This document shows positions 1-8,684 of a DNA stretch of 27,186 nucleotides, in pieces (the stretch's first letter is position 1; each line of letters begins with the position of its first letter). This DNA is from a virus. Its lineage: Duplodnaviria > Caudoviricetes. Under the pieces are notes generated by a model that worked only from the letters and a program-made list of their open reading frames with translations, did not search any database and was not told the DNA's origin. Position numbers and translations under genes: made by a program. The stretch spans positions 1 to 27,186 of IMG/VR virus record IMGVR_UViG_3300028920_000230; one strand, written 5' to 3'.

Positions 1-2
1 CG

Positions 3-170
3 TCCAGTTCTTCGAGTTCGTCCAGCTCCTCGTCATCGGAGTCCAGTTCATCGAGTTCGTCCAGTTCTTCGAGTTCGTCCAGCTCCTCGTCATCGGAGTC
101 CAGTTCATCGAGTTCGTCCAGTTCTTCATCATCGGAGTCCAGTTCATCGAGTTCGTCCAGCTCCTCAAGT
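3..170 (+). repeat. 57-bp tandem repeat encoding S12-E-S6 (two exact copies plus a shortened third)
   Basis: tccagttcttcgagttcgtccagctcctcgtcatcggagtccagttcatcgagttcg at 3-59 and 60-116, degenerate copy 117-170. Confidence 0.9.
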
Positions 171-278
171 TGGGCATTTATTCCAATACAATATTACGAT
201 GCCAAAAATAGATTATATTATGCAAAAGGAAAGGGCGCTTTTTATTATTTCAAAGCAAGGATAACAGAACATGATTAA
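3..278 (+). CDS. 3' end of a poly-serine protein (partial, begins upstream of window), possibly virion-associated
   Basis: Manual translation of frame 3: 56 codons of Ser with 3 Glu, then WAFIPIQYYDAKNRLYYAKGKGAFYYFKARITEHD*. Stop TAA at 276-278 overlaps the next gene (ATG 271). Absent from the ORF track because there is no start codon in the window. Confidence 0.85.
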   Translation, partial: SSSSSSSSSSSSESSSSSSSSSSSSSSSSSSESSSSSSSSSSSSESSSSSSSSSSSWAFIPIQYYDAKNRLYYAKGKGAFYYFKARITEHD

Positions 279-792
279 ATACGATCTAGCCTATTATGAA
301 AATATGCTACGCATCTACAGCAAAACAGCAGAAACAATTAATAAAATTAGGTGGGATTGGGTATCAGAAATTGAACCTAAAACAGTATTAGATTATGGGT
401 CCGGTATCGGCTGGTTTAAAGCATATGCACCCGTTGGCATAGACGTATATACATATGATATTATGCCGGTTATTCAGACAGGCATAACGCTGAGAATGTA
501 TGACCTATGTTGTTTTTGGGACGTGCTTGAACATGTACCTGATTTTGCCGAAATCGAACCTATATTAGCCCTATCTAACCATGTAGCAGTAACGTTACCC
601 ATTTGGCACAACAAAGGAGATGTGACAAAATGGAAACATTTTAAGCCCGGGGAACATCTGCATTTTATGACCGAAGAAATCATAGAAGCGTTGTTTAATA
701 AATATGGGTTTGATCTTTTAAAAAAAGGTCAACCGGAAAATGCATTAAGAGTAGATATAACATCATTTTTATTTAAAAAAAGGAAGGTGTAA
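271..792 (+). CDS. Class I SAM-dependent methyltransferase (Methyltransf_23-like)
   Basis: Motif I VLDYGSGIG, plus YDLCCFWDVLEHVPD and EHLHF motifs typical of sugar/polysaccharide-locus methyltransferases. Confidence 0.85.
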   Translation: MIKYDLAYYENMLRIYSKTAETINKIRWDWVSEIEPKTVLDYGSGIGWFKAYAPVGIDVYTYDIMPVIQTGITLRMYDLCCFWDVLEHVPDFAEIEPILALSNHVAVTLPIWHNKGDVTKWKHFKPGEHLHFMTEEIIEALFNKYGFDLLKKGQPENALRVDITSFLFKKRKV

Positions 793-796
793 CATT

Positions 797-1159
797 ATGG
801 CAAAGCAAAAAGAAGCTAAAAAAGCAAAGAATGAAACGTTAGAAGAAATGGCAACAGACAAAGAAATAAAAACACCCGCAACAGTTCTTGATATGGAAAA
901 GGACAAAAACGATATTTATAGCGAAAAATTACACAAAATAATAAAAAAAGCATTCGAAGCAATGGAAAGTAAGCATTTCTTTTGTTCTATCCATTATCTT
1001 CAAGATGACAATGGAACAATCAATTCATTTATGATGACTGAAGATTTTCCCATAGATAATTTTGAAGTCGTTGTGAGAGAGGTGTTGAAGTTTGTTCATA
1101 ACGAACGGAAAAAAGCCGCAATCTATGTACCGGACGGAACGATTATTGACAAAGGGTAA
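797..1159 (+). CDS. Hypothetical protein, charged N-terminus
   Basis: 120-aa ORF tightly packed in the operon (4-nt gap after the previous stop). Confidence 0.7.
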   Translation: MAKQKEAKKAKNETLEEMATDKEIKTPATVLDMEKDKNDIYSEKLHKIIKKAFEAMESKHFFCSIHYLQDDNGTINSFMMTEDFPIDNFEVVVREVLKFVHNERKKAAIYVPDGTIIDKG

Positions 1160-1166
1160 AAACTTT

Positions 1167-2105
1167 ATGAGAAAAATCATATTTAGTCAACATCAATCAG
1201 CAGGGGATATTTTAACATTAACACGAAGCGTCAATGATTTTGCTCGTGCATACCCTGATATTAAAATCGATGTACGGACGCCATGCCCTGCAATATGGGA
1301 AAATAACCCGTACCTAACACCGTTAAACGAAAAAGATATGGCCGTTGAATACTACGGCATTGTTTACGGTCGCAACGGTAAGGGTATCCATAGTTGTGAA
1401 AAAGATGCGCGGCATTGGCAAGAAGCCTACCATGATGATATAGCAGAACTAACCGGATTAGAATTTGAACGGACCGGCATAACCCCTGAACTATTTTTAT
1501 CGAAGGATGAAAAAATATGGGTTAACCAAGTGGCTGTTGAATTTGGATGGCAAGGACCGTTTTGGTTAATCAACGGGGGATGGAAACCGGACAACGAGTT
1601 AAAAAAATATCATCGGTGGCAGGAGGTGGCGGATCTATTTAATGACCATTTTCGGGGATCGGTGCGCTTAGTCCAAATCGGGCATAGTAACGAAACACAT
1701 CCCCCCCTTGATGGCGTGTACAGTCTTGTCGGTAAAACGGATCTACGGCAGCTTATACGGCTATGTTATTGGGCTCACGGAACCATCGGGCCATTATCAT
1801 TTCAATTCGTTTTGAGTGCGGCATACAAACAACCTCATGTAGTGCTTGCAGCAGGCAAGGAGGGGGTCAGGTGGCATTTATATCCTTTTGGTAGGTACAT
1901 GTATACCAACGGGGCGCTTACGTGCTGTCCGTCCGGTGGGTGCTGGCGTGGGGGTGTTCATGGGAACTGTTTAGACCTAATGCCGGGCGGGTATCCCCGT
2001 TGTTATGATTTAATCAAGCCATACCAGATTATTGATAATGTTGCTATGTATTATGAGGGCGGTGTATTAAATACTGGTAAAACCAAAATGGGTTGGCCGT
2101 GTTAA
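1167..2105 (+). CDS. GT9-family (heptosyltransferase-like) glycosyltransferase with C-terminal Cys cluster
   Basis: N-terminal SAGDIL, WENNPY, VQIG, GKTDLRQLIRL and ...SAAYKQPHVVL match the GT9/GT-B pattern. C-terminal CCPSGGCW...C...C. ATG 1167 preferred over TTG 1092, which overlaps the upstream gene. Confidence 0.8.
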   Translation: MRKIIFSQHQSAGDILTLTRSVNDFARAYPDIKIDVRTPCPAIWENNPYLTPLNEKDMAVEYYGIVYGRNGKGIHSCEKDARHWQEAYHDDIAELTGLEFERTGITPELFLSKDEKIWVNQVAVEFGWQGPFWLINGGWKPDNELKKYHRWQEVADLFNDHFRGSVRLVQIGHSNETHPPLDGVYSLVGKTDLRQLIRLCYWAHGTIGPLSFQFVLSAAYKQPHVVLAAGKEGVRWHLYPFGRYMYTNGALTCCPSGGCWRGGVHGNCLDLMPGGYPRCYDLIKPYQIIDNVAMYYEGGVLNTGKTKMGWPC

Positions 2106-2112
2106 TTTATGC

Positions 2113-2144
2113 ATAGGGGGGGGGTAACAACTCCCCTCTATTTT
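2113..2144 (+). terminator. Possible intrinsic terminator hairpin containing a G9 tract
   Basis: ataggggggggg-taacaa-ctcccctctat followed by a short T run, in the 2106-2177 gap. Confidence 0.45.
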
Positions 2145-2177
2145 CTATAATAATACAACTATTTCAAGAGGTACGTA

Positions 2178-3134
2178 ATGATAGGTGTAGGACTAGGATA
2201 CGGTATACGTCAAAATGACTGGGAAGATATTTTAACAATATTTCACGCAGAAAAACCGGTTTCAATCGTTGAATTCGGTGCCGGTATATCAACGGTATTG
2301 TTTTATGATTATGGGCTTCATCTTGTATGCTTTGAAAGCATACAACGATGGATCAACGAAGTACATGCAATGCGGCCAGAAATTATAATCGAAAAATGGG
2401 ATAATCGGAACATACCCGTAAAATGGAAATCGCAAAGCTTTGATATTGCCTTTATTGACGGTGTTGCACCTCGTGATAGCCAGATATTAACCGCAAAGCA
2501 GCTCACAGATAAAATCATTATACATGATGGCTTTCATGCAGGACCGTGGAAAATCGCTAAGTTTGTTGACGATCAGGATATTTTAGACGATTGGAACGAG
2601 GTATTAGTTGATTATTCCATGCCGAATAGAAAGGAAATCCGCTATTTCAAAAACGATAGAAATAAAACGCATTTCGGGAACGGGGCTATTTCAACCTATG
2701 ATTGGGCCGGTATGCGATGGGCTATTAACACATATCACATTAAATCGGTCCTGGAATTCGGGGTAGGGCATTCAACGGTTATGTTTTGCAAAAACGGTTT
2801 GAAGGTGGATAGCCTAGAAACTAGAGAAAAGTGGGCTGATAAAGTATTTGATATTGTAGACCAAAGCGGCAAGCACTGTTTACGTATCTATTTATGGAAC
2901 AACAAAGAACTTTCGCTGAATATTCAATCTCTACTTGATTATTACGATCTATGCTTTATCGATGGGCAAGAACCTCGTGACCACCAATTTGAAATAGCGG
3001 TACAAAAAACCGATCTAATCTTAGTACATGACGGCTATAGAGATCATGAAAAAATGCTAATCGAAAAATATTTGAACGGCTGGTATGAAATAACGATAGA
3101 AGGAAGGTGCCGGTTATATGAAAGAAAACGCTAG
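2178..3134 (+). CDS. Tandem two-domain SAM methyltransferase-like protein (Methyltransf_24 / polysaccharide O-methyltransferase-like)
   Basis: Two homologous halves: SIVEFGAGIST...FDIAFIDG..PRD...IIIHDG and SVLEFGVGHST...YDLCFIDG..PRD...ILVHDG. Confidence 0.75.
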   Translation: MIGVGLGYGIRQNDWEDILTIFHAEKPVSIVEFGAGISTVLFYDYGLHLVCFESIQRWINEVHAMRPEIIIEKWDNRNIPVKWKSQSFDIAFIDGVAPRDSQILTAKQLTDKIIIHDGFHAGPWKIAKFVDDQDILDDWNEVLVDYSMPNRKEIRYFKNDRNKTHFGNGAISTYDWAGMRWAINTYHIKSVLEFGVGHSTVMFCKNGLKVDSLETREKWADKVFDIVDQSGKHCLRIYLWNNKELSLNIQSLLDYYDLCFIDGQEPRDHQFEIAVQKTDLILVHDGYRDHEKMLIEKYLNGWYEITIEGRCRLYERKR

Positions 3135-3726
3135 TACATTTATAAAAGATATTATTTATTTCGATGATCCAATAAAGGCAGATTTGGAAACGTCGGAATT
3201 TAACGAATACTATTATAATAAATATCAGATGTGCAAAGAATTTAATCCCACTAAAATAGCAGAGATTGGAGTACGAACCGGCTATAGTGCCTGGGCGTTT
3301 CTACAAGCATGTCCAAACGCTACGTATTTGGGTATTGATGCAAACAATGGTATGCACGGAGGCGAGGGCGGCGAAGACGGCAATTATTTGAAATGGGCAA
3401 AACGAATATTGCAGGGGTATGACGTTCATTTATTTGAAGCCGATACTCAAAAATATAGGTCGCTGTTAAATCTCAGTAAGAAGTTTCACGGTATTGACTT
3501 TTTCCACGTTGACGGTGATCATACCATTAATGGTGTTATGCATGATTTAGATCTAGCATACCGTGCTACTAAAAATAATGGTATAATACTAATTGATGAT
3601 ATAGCATTTATTTTACCTGTTCGAAGCGGTGTGGCGCGGTGGATAGCAGAACATGAAGGCGTAGTGAAATATGAATATCGTGAATCGATGCGCGGCGAGA
3701 TGCTGCTTCACAAGATAGGTGGATAG
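3118..3726 (+). CDS. Class I SAM methyltransferase (Methyltransf_24 family)
   Basis: IAEIGVRTGYS, GID, DFFHVDGDH, GIILIDD motifs. Confidence 0.85.
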   Translation: MKENASTFIKDIIYFDDPIKADLETSEFNEYYYNKYQMCKEFNPTKIAEIGVRTGYSAWAFLQACPNATYLGIDANNGMHGGEGGEDGNYLKWAKRILQGYDVHLFEADTQKYRSLLNLSKKFHGIDFFHVDGDHTINGVMHDLDLAYRATKNNGIILIDDIAFILPVRSGVARWIAEHEGVVKYEYRESMRGEMLLHKIGG

Positions 3727-3729
3727 GTA

Positions 3730-4716
3730 ATGAAACATCAGTATGCAATTATGGTAAGTTGTACAGCTAATTACGTACAGTATTTGAATGCGTTGCTAAA
3801 TAGCGTTGACTATACAAATCATCCGGTAGATGTGCATATTATAGCCGTTACCGGCAACAAAAAAGACGAAGATGAGGCATTTAATACCTATCTGGATAAG
3901 CTCGATACATATAAGGATTTATCCTTTCACCCGATAGTGCATAAACGAGCATATAGCGATTATGAGCACTATGGGGCGTACCGGAAAATAGCCCAAAATA
4001 TGCGATGGCCGGAACTCGTGGTAACGAGCAAGATGGGGCGATACGGCAAGCTGGAAGAAATGACAGAATACGCTGCTATTGTAATGCTAGATGTTGATAT
4101 GATGATAGTACATAACATCATGCATTTTTTTAAGCTGGTAGAAAATACAAAAATTATTATCGGATGCAACGAGCGGTATAAGTGGGCACTAAACAACTAT
4201 TGCATTGAGGGCCAGAAAGATTTTCCAGAAATGCCGATGGATTGGATGATTTGCAACGCTCCGCTTTTTTTAGATCCGAAACATAACGGAAAATTCCTAC
4301 AAACAGCGGCTAAATACGTGGGGACCATACAGAACAAAAAAGGTGAATACGTATCAGATATTATTTCAATGAACGTTGCTCTATGGTTAGCAGGTGTACA
4401 GGATAATATTGTAGCGTTACCGAATTATGCATGGACAGGTGTACATCTGGGATATACCGATATAACAACGTATATACAGAACCGAGGCGGTAATTTCTGG
4501 AAAGCATGGAACGGTGAAAAGGTCTATATTTTACATGGGCGATGGGATGTTGACGGATGTGAACGGGGGTGGAGACGGAATCAGGAAAAACGATACGACG
4601 AGCTAGAGCTAAATGAAACCGTGAGAAAGCGGTGGATGAATCAAATGGAGCATGTGTTTAAACAGATAAAAGATCAGTATACATTCTACAACGAAAAATG
4701 GAAAATTAGGTTGTAA
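3730..4716 (+). CDS. GT-A fold glycosyltransferase (GT8-like)
   Basis: NY...LNALLNS N-terminus, R...VMLDVDM (DxD), late ILHG motif. Confidence 0.65.
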   Translation: MKHQYAIMVSCTANYVQYLNALLNSVDYTNHPVDVHIIAVTGNKKDEDEAFNTYLDKLDTYKDLSFHPIVHKRAYSDYEHYGAYRKIAQNMRWPELVVTSKMGRYGKLEEMTEYAAIVMLDVDMMIVHNIMHFFKLVENTKIIIGCNERYKWALNNYCIEGQKDFPEMPMDWMICNAPLFLDPKHNGKFLQTAAKYVGTIQNKKGEYVSDIISMNVALWLAGVQDNIVALPNYAWTGVHLGYTDITTYIQNRGGNFWKAWNGEKVYILHGRWDVDGCERGWRRNQEKRYDELELNETVRKRWMNQMEHVFKQIKDQYTFYNEKWKIRL

Positions 4717-4732
4717 AATCTAATGCATCTTT

Positions 4733-5080
4733 ATGAGCGATTTTGAAGGAACCGATATTATCCAATTACAGCCAAGCGATAAGGATATCGATTTTCTCTT
4801 TGAATTACCGAAGTGTACAGGCGTAACAGCGAATGACGGCGCGTTACCCTATGGATCGACAATTACAGATGCTACGGTTAAGGCATATGACGAATCGGGC
4901 ACGGAAAAAACAGCGGAATTAGTTGTCAGCACGGGAATAGACGGGCAATATATTAATGTACGCTTGCAATATCCTACATCCGGTAATGGGCGATATACAT
5001 TGACATTTATTATAACAATTAATACAGGGGGCATATTCGAGTTTGTATTTACGAGAGTTTATGTCACAGAAATTAGATGA
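4733..5080 (+). CDS. Small beta-rich (Ig-like) putative virion protein
   Basis: Beta-strand pattern (GRYTLTFIIT); overlaps the connector gene via ATGA. Confidence 0.55.
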   Translation: MSDFEGTDIIQLQPSDKDIDFLFELPKCTGVTANDGALPYGSTITDATVKAYDESGTEKTAELVVSTGIDGQYINVRLQYPTSGNGRYTLTFIITINTGGIFEFVFTRVYVTEIR

Positions 5081-5670
5081 TTTGGACATTGAAAACAGGT
5101 CCGACAATTGAACCGGTTACGCCTAGCGAACTGAGGGAACATTTACGGCTAGAAAAGGGCGATACAACAGATGAACAATATCTGAAGACGTTAATTCAGC
5201 TATCTAGAGTCCATGGAGAGCATGTAACCCGTCGAGCGTGGATAACACAGACATGGACAATTTACCGTAATTCATTTCCGAAAAAAAATTACATACAATT
5301 ACCTTTTGGCAGTCTTCAAACCGTCAACTCATTTTCCTATAGGAATAGCAGCGGCGATACGACGACATTAACGGAAGATACTGATTATGTCGTTGATACT
5401 GATTCCGAACCCGGAATGGTAGTTTTAGCATACGGTAAAACATGGCCTAGCTTTACCCCTTTTCCTGTCAATCCCATTGCTATTGAAATAACCTGTGGGT
5501 ATGGTGATAGCGGTGAAGATGTGCCGCAAACGCTCCGTACATGGATGAAGGCGGTATGCGGTGAAATATATGAAAACAGAGAATTAACGCTATCGGAAGG
5601 GACGCCGAAAACAATAAAAGTATATGAATCTATTTTATTAGATCATAAAGTAAATGGCGTGTATGAATAA
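5077..5670 (+). CDS. Head-tail connector protein (HK97 gp6 / phiE125 gp8-like)
   Basis: P..EPVT..E...HLR, TRRA.ITQTW, GYG....VP..L, YENRE motifs. Confidence 0.9.
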   Translation: MIWTLKTGPTIEPVTPSELREHLRLEKGDTTDEQYLKTLIQLSRVHGEHVTRRAWITQTWTIYRNSFPKKNYIQLPFGSLQTVNSFSYRNSSGDTTTLTEDTDYVVDTDSEPGMVVLAYGKTWPSFTPFPVNPIAIEITCGYGDSGEDVPQTLRTWMKAVCGEIYENRELTLSEGTPKTIKVYESILLDHKVNGVYE

Positions 5671-5993
5671 TGAGAGCGGGTAAATTACGGCATAGGCTAA
5701 CATTCGAGCATTACACGACGACAAAAAACAGTTTCGGTGAGGATGTCAAAACGTGGTCACGGTACGTAACGGTATGGGGTGCACTAATCCCGATCAGCGG
5801 GAGAGAATACATACTTGCTGAAGCGGAAAAAAATGTAGTTAATTATAAAGCAGTAATTCGCTATCGAGCGGGGCTGACCATAACGCCGGATATGAGGATG
5901 AAAAAAGGAGATCGATATTTCCAGATTATCAGTAATCCGGTAACAAACGAAAGCAACCGTGAAATAATAATACGGTGTAATGAAATGGTATGA
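5670..5993 (+). CDS. Head closure / head-tail adaptor (SPP1 gp16-like)
   Basis: MRAGKLRHR, TVW...P.SGRE, IRYR, DMR motifs; synteny. Confidence 0.9.
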   Translation: MRAGKLRHRLTFEHYTTTKNSFGEDVKTWSRYVTVWGALIPISGREYILAEAEKNVVNYKAVIRYRAGLTITPDMRMKKGDRYFQIISNPVTNESNREIIIRCNEMV

Positions 5994-6427
5994 ACTTTAA
6001 AATAGTAGGCGATAAAGCATTATTGCAAGATCTTGGTTGGATGATAAAAAATCTCAATGAAGATCAGTTGCGAGCAATCAGCAGAAAGGGCGCTCATATT
6101 ATAAAGCTGCATATCCAGCAACACGCACCACAGGGGCCAACGGGCAATTTAGGCCGTGGCGTAGTAGTGAAAGAAGAAACAAGGAAAACAGGGGCGTTTG
6201 TCGCTATGGACTATCGAATAGCTCCTCATGCACACTTAGTGGAATACGGAACCGTTGAACGAGAGCCACTAGAAACGGAAGTATTGTATGATGAAAAAAC
6301 AGGGAAATTCTATGGTAAGGAAGCAGCACCTATGCCGAAAGATCCGTTTTTTAGGCGAGGCACTGAAGCTGGTAAAGATCAGGCAATGGATGAAATGGTT
6401 AAAGCCATTTCCAAGATATTCAAATAA
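5990..6427 (+). CDS. HK97 gp10-family tail completion protein
   Basis: AP..PTGNL, AHLVEYGT, MP..PFFR motifs; synteny. Confidence 0.85.
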   Translation: MNFKIVGDKALLQDLGWMIKNLNEDQLRAISRKGAHIIKLHIQQHAPQGPTGNLGRGVVVKEETRKTGAFVAMDYRIAPHAHLVEYGTVEREPLETEVLYDEKTGKFYGKEAAPMPKDPFFRRGTEAGKDQAMDEMVKAISKIFK

Positions 6428-6839
6428 TGGATATTGGAAAAGCTATCTATAAATTATTAAGTGAATATGTGGGATTATCGCATTAGTTGGTACAAAAATA
6501 TATCCAGGTAGTGCGCCTTACGGTATGGTATCGCCGTATATAACATATTTTTGTATCCATTCGGGTAATATTCATACACAGGGCAACGATCCAAATTTTT
6601 ATATGCCGTTATTTCAGGTATCGTCATGGGCCGACAGCTATACAAGTGTATCAGCAGTTGACGCACAGGTAACGGCGCGATTACGTGATTATAGTGGAGC
6701 GGTAACGATAGCAGAGGAAACAGTAACCATACAAATTGTAATTGATGATGGGGCAATTGATTTGACTGAAATCAATCCCGACACACATAAAATATGGTAT
6801 CATCGAGCACATGAATTTAGAATCGTTTACGTAACATAA
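6427..6839 (+). CDS. Tail terminator (DUF3168-like), split by a 1-nt frameshift near 6480
   Basis: ATG 6427 overlaps the previous stop and gives MDIGKAIYKLLSEYVGLS. The -1 frame continues ALVGTKIYPGSAPYGMVSPYITY...FQVSSWA, the frame of track ORF 6525..6839. Syntenic position fits. Confidence 0.75.
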
Positions 6840-6854
6840 AAATAATAGTATAAT
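6826..6854 (+). promoter_or_regulatory. Candidate sigma70 promoter
   Basis: TTTACG(6826-31)-17 nt-TATAAT(6849-54). The AT-rich context lowers specificity. Confidence 0.35.
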
Positions 6855-6894
6855 AAAGACATAATTATAATAAGAATAGGATTACTCTTTTAGG

Positions 6895-6932
6895 GAGCCT
6901 GTAGCGGGAAAAACCGCACAGGCTCTTTTTTT
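6895..6932 (+). terminator. Intrinsic terminator-like hairpin immediately before the tail tube RBS
   Basis: gagcctgt-a-gcgg-gaaaaa-ccgc-acaggctc followed by T7. Confidence 0.7.
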
Positions 6933-6948
6933 GTGGAGGGAACAAAAA

Positions 6949-7362
6949 ATGGCAGGGAACACAACCCCAATACACGGTAAAACAGCACGAAGTCATAAAA
7001 ACGGTACGGACATAGAATTTACTGCAAGTTGGACAATAAATGTACGGGTCGATATTGCAGACAAAAGCAGGCAAGGAAAAAACTGGAAGGAACATATTGC
7101 AGGACAAGGCGAATGGGACGGGTCTATTGAGTGCCAGTTTGTGGCAGGCAATACCGAACAGTACGCATTGATGACAAACATTGTTACAGCATCACCCGGA
7201 ACGGTACTAGATGATCTAAAATTTATGCTGGAAGATTCGGGAGACTATTTTTCAGGTAATTTGATTATCAACAGTATGCCGGTATCGGCTCCGGTGGGCG
7301 ATGTAGTGAAGGTATCATTTAATTTCATCGGAGATGATGCGCTATCGTTAACAACGGCATAA
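6949..7362 (+). CDS. Major tail tube protein
   Basis: HGK...W......D.......WKE.IAG..EW.GS.....F.G...I........GDVV...F.F.G pattern. RBS GGAGGG at 6935-40 supports ATG 6949. Confidence 0.85.
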   Translation: MAGNTTPIHGKTARSHKNGTDIEFTASWTINVRVDIADKSRQGKNWKEHIAGQGEWDGSIECQFVAGNTEQYALMTNIVTASPGTVLDDLKFMLEDSGDYFSGNLIINSMPVSAPVGDVVKVSFNFIGDDALSLTTA

Positions 7363-7374
7363 GCGGGGTGACTC

Positions 7375-8268
7375 ATGGCATCACCGGCAACACCACAACA
7401 TGGAAAACTTGGAATGTTGTACCGATACCGCTTAAACGGTTTTGAGGGTGTCGGTTTAAATGATCTGACCTGGGGGGCGTTTTCGGGCGCTACGGATTCA
7501 TCCTATTTTGAGGTTGTTATTGACGGCACCGGAACACCCGATACGTTTAAATGGCGCGAAAATGGAGGCGCATGGACAACAGATGTGAATATTACCGGAG
7601 CGTCACAGGATCTTGTAGGGGCAAACGGTACGCAAGCTATTACATTCGGGGCGACAACAGGGCATACGGCGGATGATGGCTTTGCACGGGGGAATCTGTA
7701 CGCTGAAGCCTGTACGGAGGCAGACGCAACAGCACAAATAACTGATAGCACTATGCGGATATTAGATCCTAATACTCCCCCCACATTTACCGACACAGGC
7801 GGCAAAAACGTTATTGATATTGATTATACAACCGGTACAGCAACGTTTGACGGTAATGTAACGGTGGTGACGGTAGCTGGTACGTACATACCGCAATGTG
7901 CATTACAACGTATGGGGGAACTCTACGAATGGTCGTTTAGCGTATCCGTTGACATTGCATCACGAAACAGGATGCAAAAAAAATGGAAAGAACATATTGC
8001 AGGAATGGCCGAAACAGATGGAAGTGCAGGGGCCTATTTTCTAGCAGCTAATCCCTTTTTCGAGGGTGTTAATCAGGCAATAACGGCTAATAAATATTTT
8101 TTCGTGGAACTCTATAATTATGATCCTGATGACGATCAAACAGGCGATAGATTTAATCTATGGGCAACATTTAGCAATATCTCAATTAATGCACCTATAG
8201 GCGATTTGGTTAAAGAAACGGTTAATTTTAAGGGCACTGGAAAACCATCATTTACAGCTAATGCGTAA
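7375..8268 (+). CDS. Second tail tube paralog with a ~160-aa internal insertion
   Basis: N-term TPQHGK and C-term WSFSVSVDIA...WKEHIAG...APIGDLVK..VNF.G align to the upstream tube protein. Confidence 0.8.
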   Translation: MASPATPQHGKLGMLYRYRLNGFEGVGLNDLTWGAFSGATDSSYFEVVIDGTGTPDTFKWRENGGAWTTDVNITGASQDLVGANGTQAITFGATTGHTADDGFARGNLYAEACTEADATAQITDSTMRILDPNTPPTFTDTGGKNVIDIDYTTGTATFDGNVTVVTVAGTYIPQCALQRMGELYEWSFSVSVDIASRNRMQKKWKEHIAGMAETDGSAGAYFLAANPFFEGVNQAITANKYFFVELYNYDPDDDQTGDRFNLWATFSNISINAPIGDLVKETVNFKGTGKPSFTANA

Positions 8269-8309
8269 GGACGGGTAGCGGCATAAAGTCGACCTGAATA
8301 AAATCACAT

Positions 8310-8684
8310 ATGGCGTTTTTAACTATAGTAGAAGAAGACGAACGGATTGATGTTAAAATAGAAGAATCAGTTATTTTTTGTAGGCGCTATTCGGTGGCGG
8401 TAGCGGAGAAAATTGAAAAACCATTTAAACGAAGGCGAAAGGACCGGCAAGGCAGGTTCTATACCGATGTTGACGAAGACGGATTAAACAAAGCTGTCCT
8501 AGACTATATCATCACAGGATGGCAAGACGTTGTTAACAATAAAGCTGAAAACGTACCCTGTACCATTGAAACAAAGCTGGCGTTACCGGAAAGCGCATTA
8601 TCAGAAATCTACGAAAAGACCGGCGTTAATACGGTGCGAAAACAGGAGGGCAATGACGTAGATACAGACCCTTTGGAACAATAA
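8310..8684 (+). CDS. Tail assembly chaperone (gpG-like)
   Basis: Located between tube and tape measure; IITGW.DV.......PCT.E.K motif; ends in a slippery site. Confidence 0.75.
   Translation: MAFLTIVEEDERIDVKIEESVIFCRRYSVAVAEKIEKPFKRRRKDRQGRFYTDVDEDGLNKAVLDYIITGWQDVVNNKAENVPCTIETKLALPESALSEIYEKTGVNTVRKQEGNDVDTDPLEQ

Noticed and set aside
1-170. Acidic (LDELDE) protein on the minus strand
   Set aside because: Antisense shadow of Ser codons; the plus frame continues into a normal C-terminus coupled to the next gene.
271-3726. DNA methyltransferases or a restriction-modification system
   Set aside because: No DPPY/NPPY or PC catalytic motifs and no nuclease; motifs fit sugar/small-molecule O-methyltransferases.
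8645-8661. GGAGGG plus ATG at 8653 as start of the downstream chaperone ORF
   Set aside because: That ATG reads Met-Thr-stop in a different frame.
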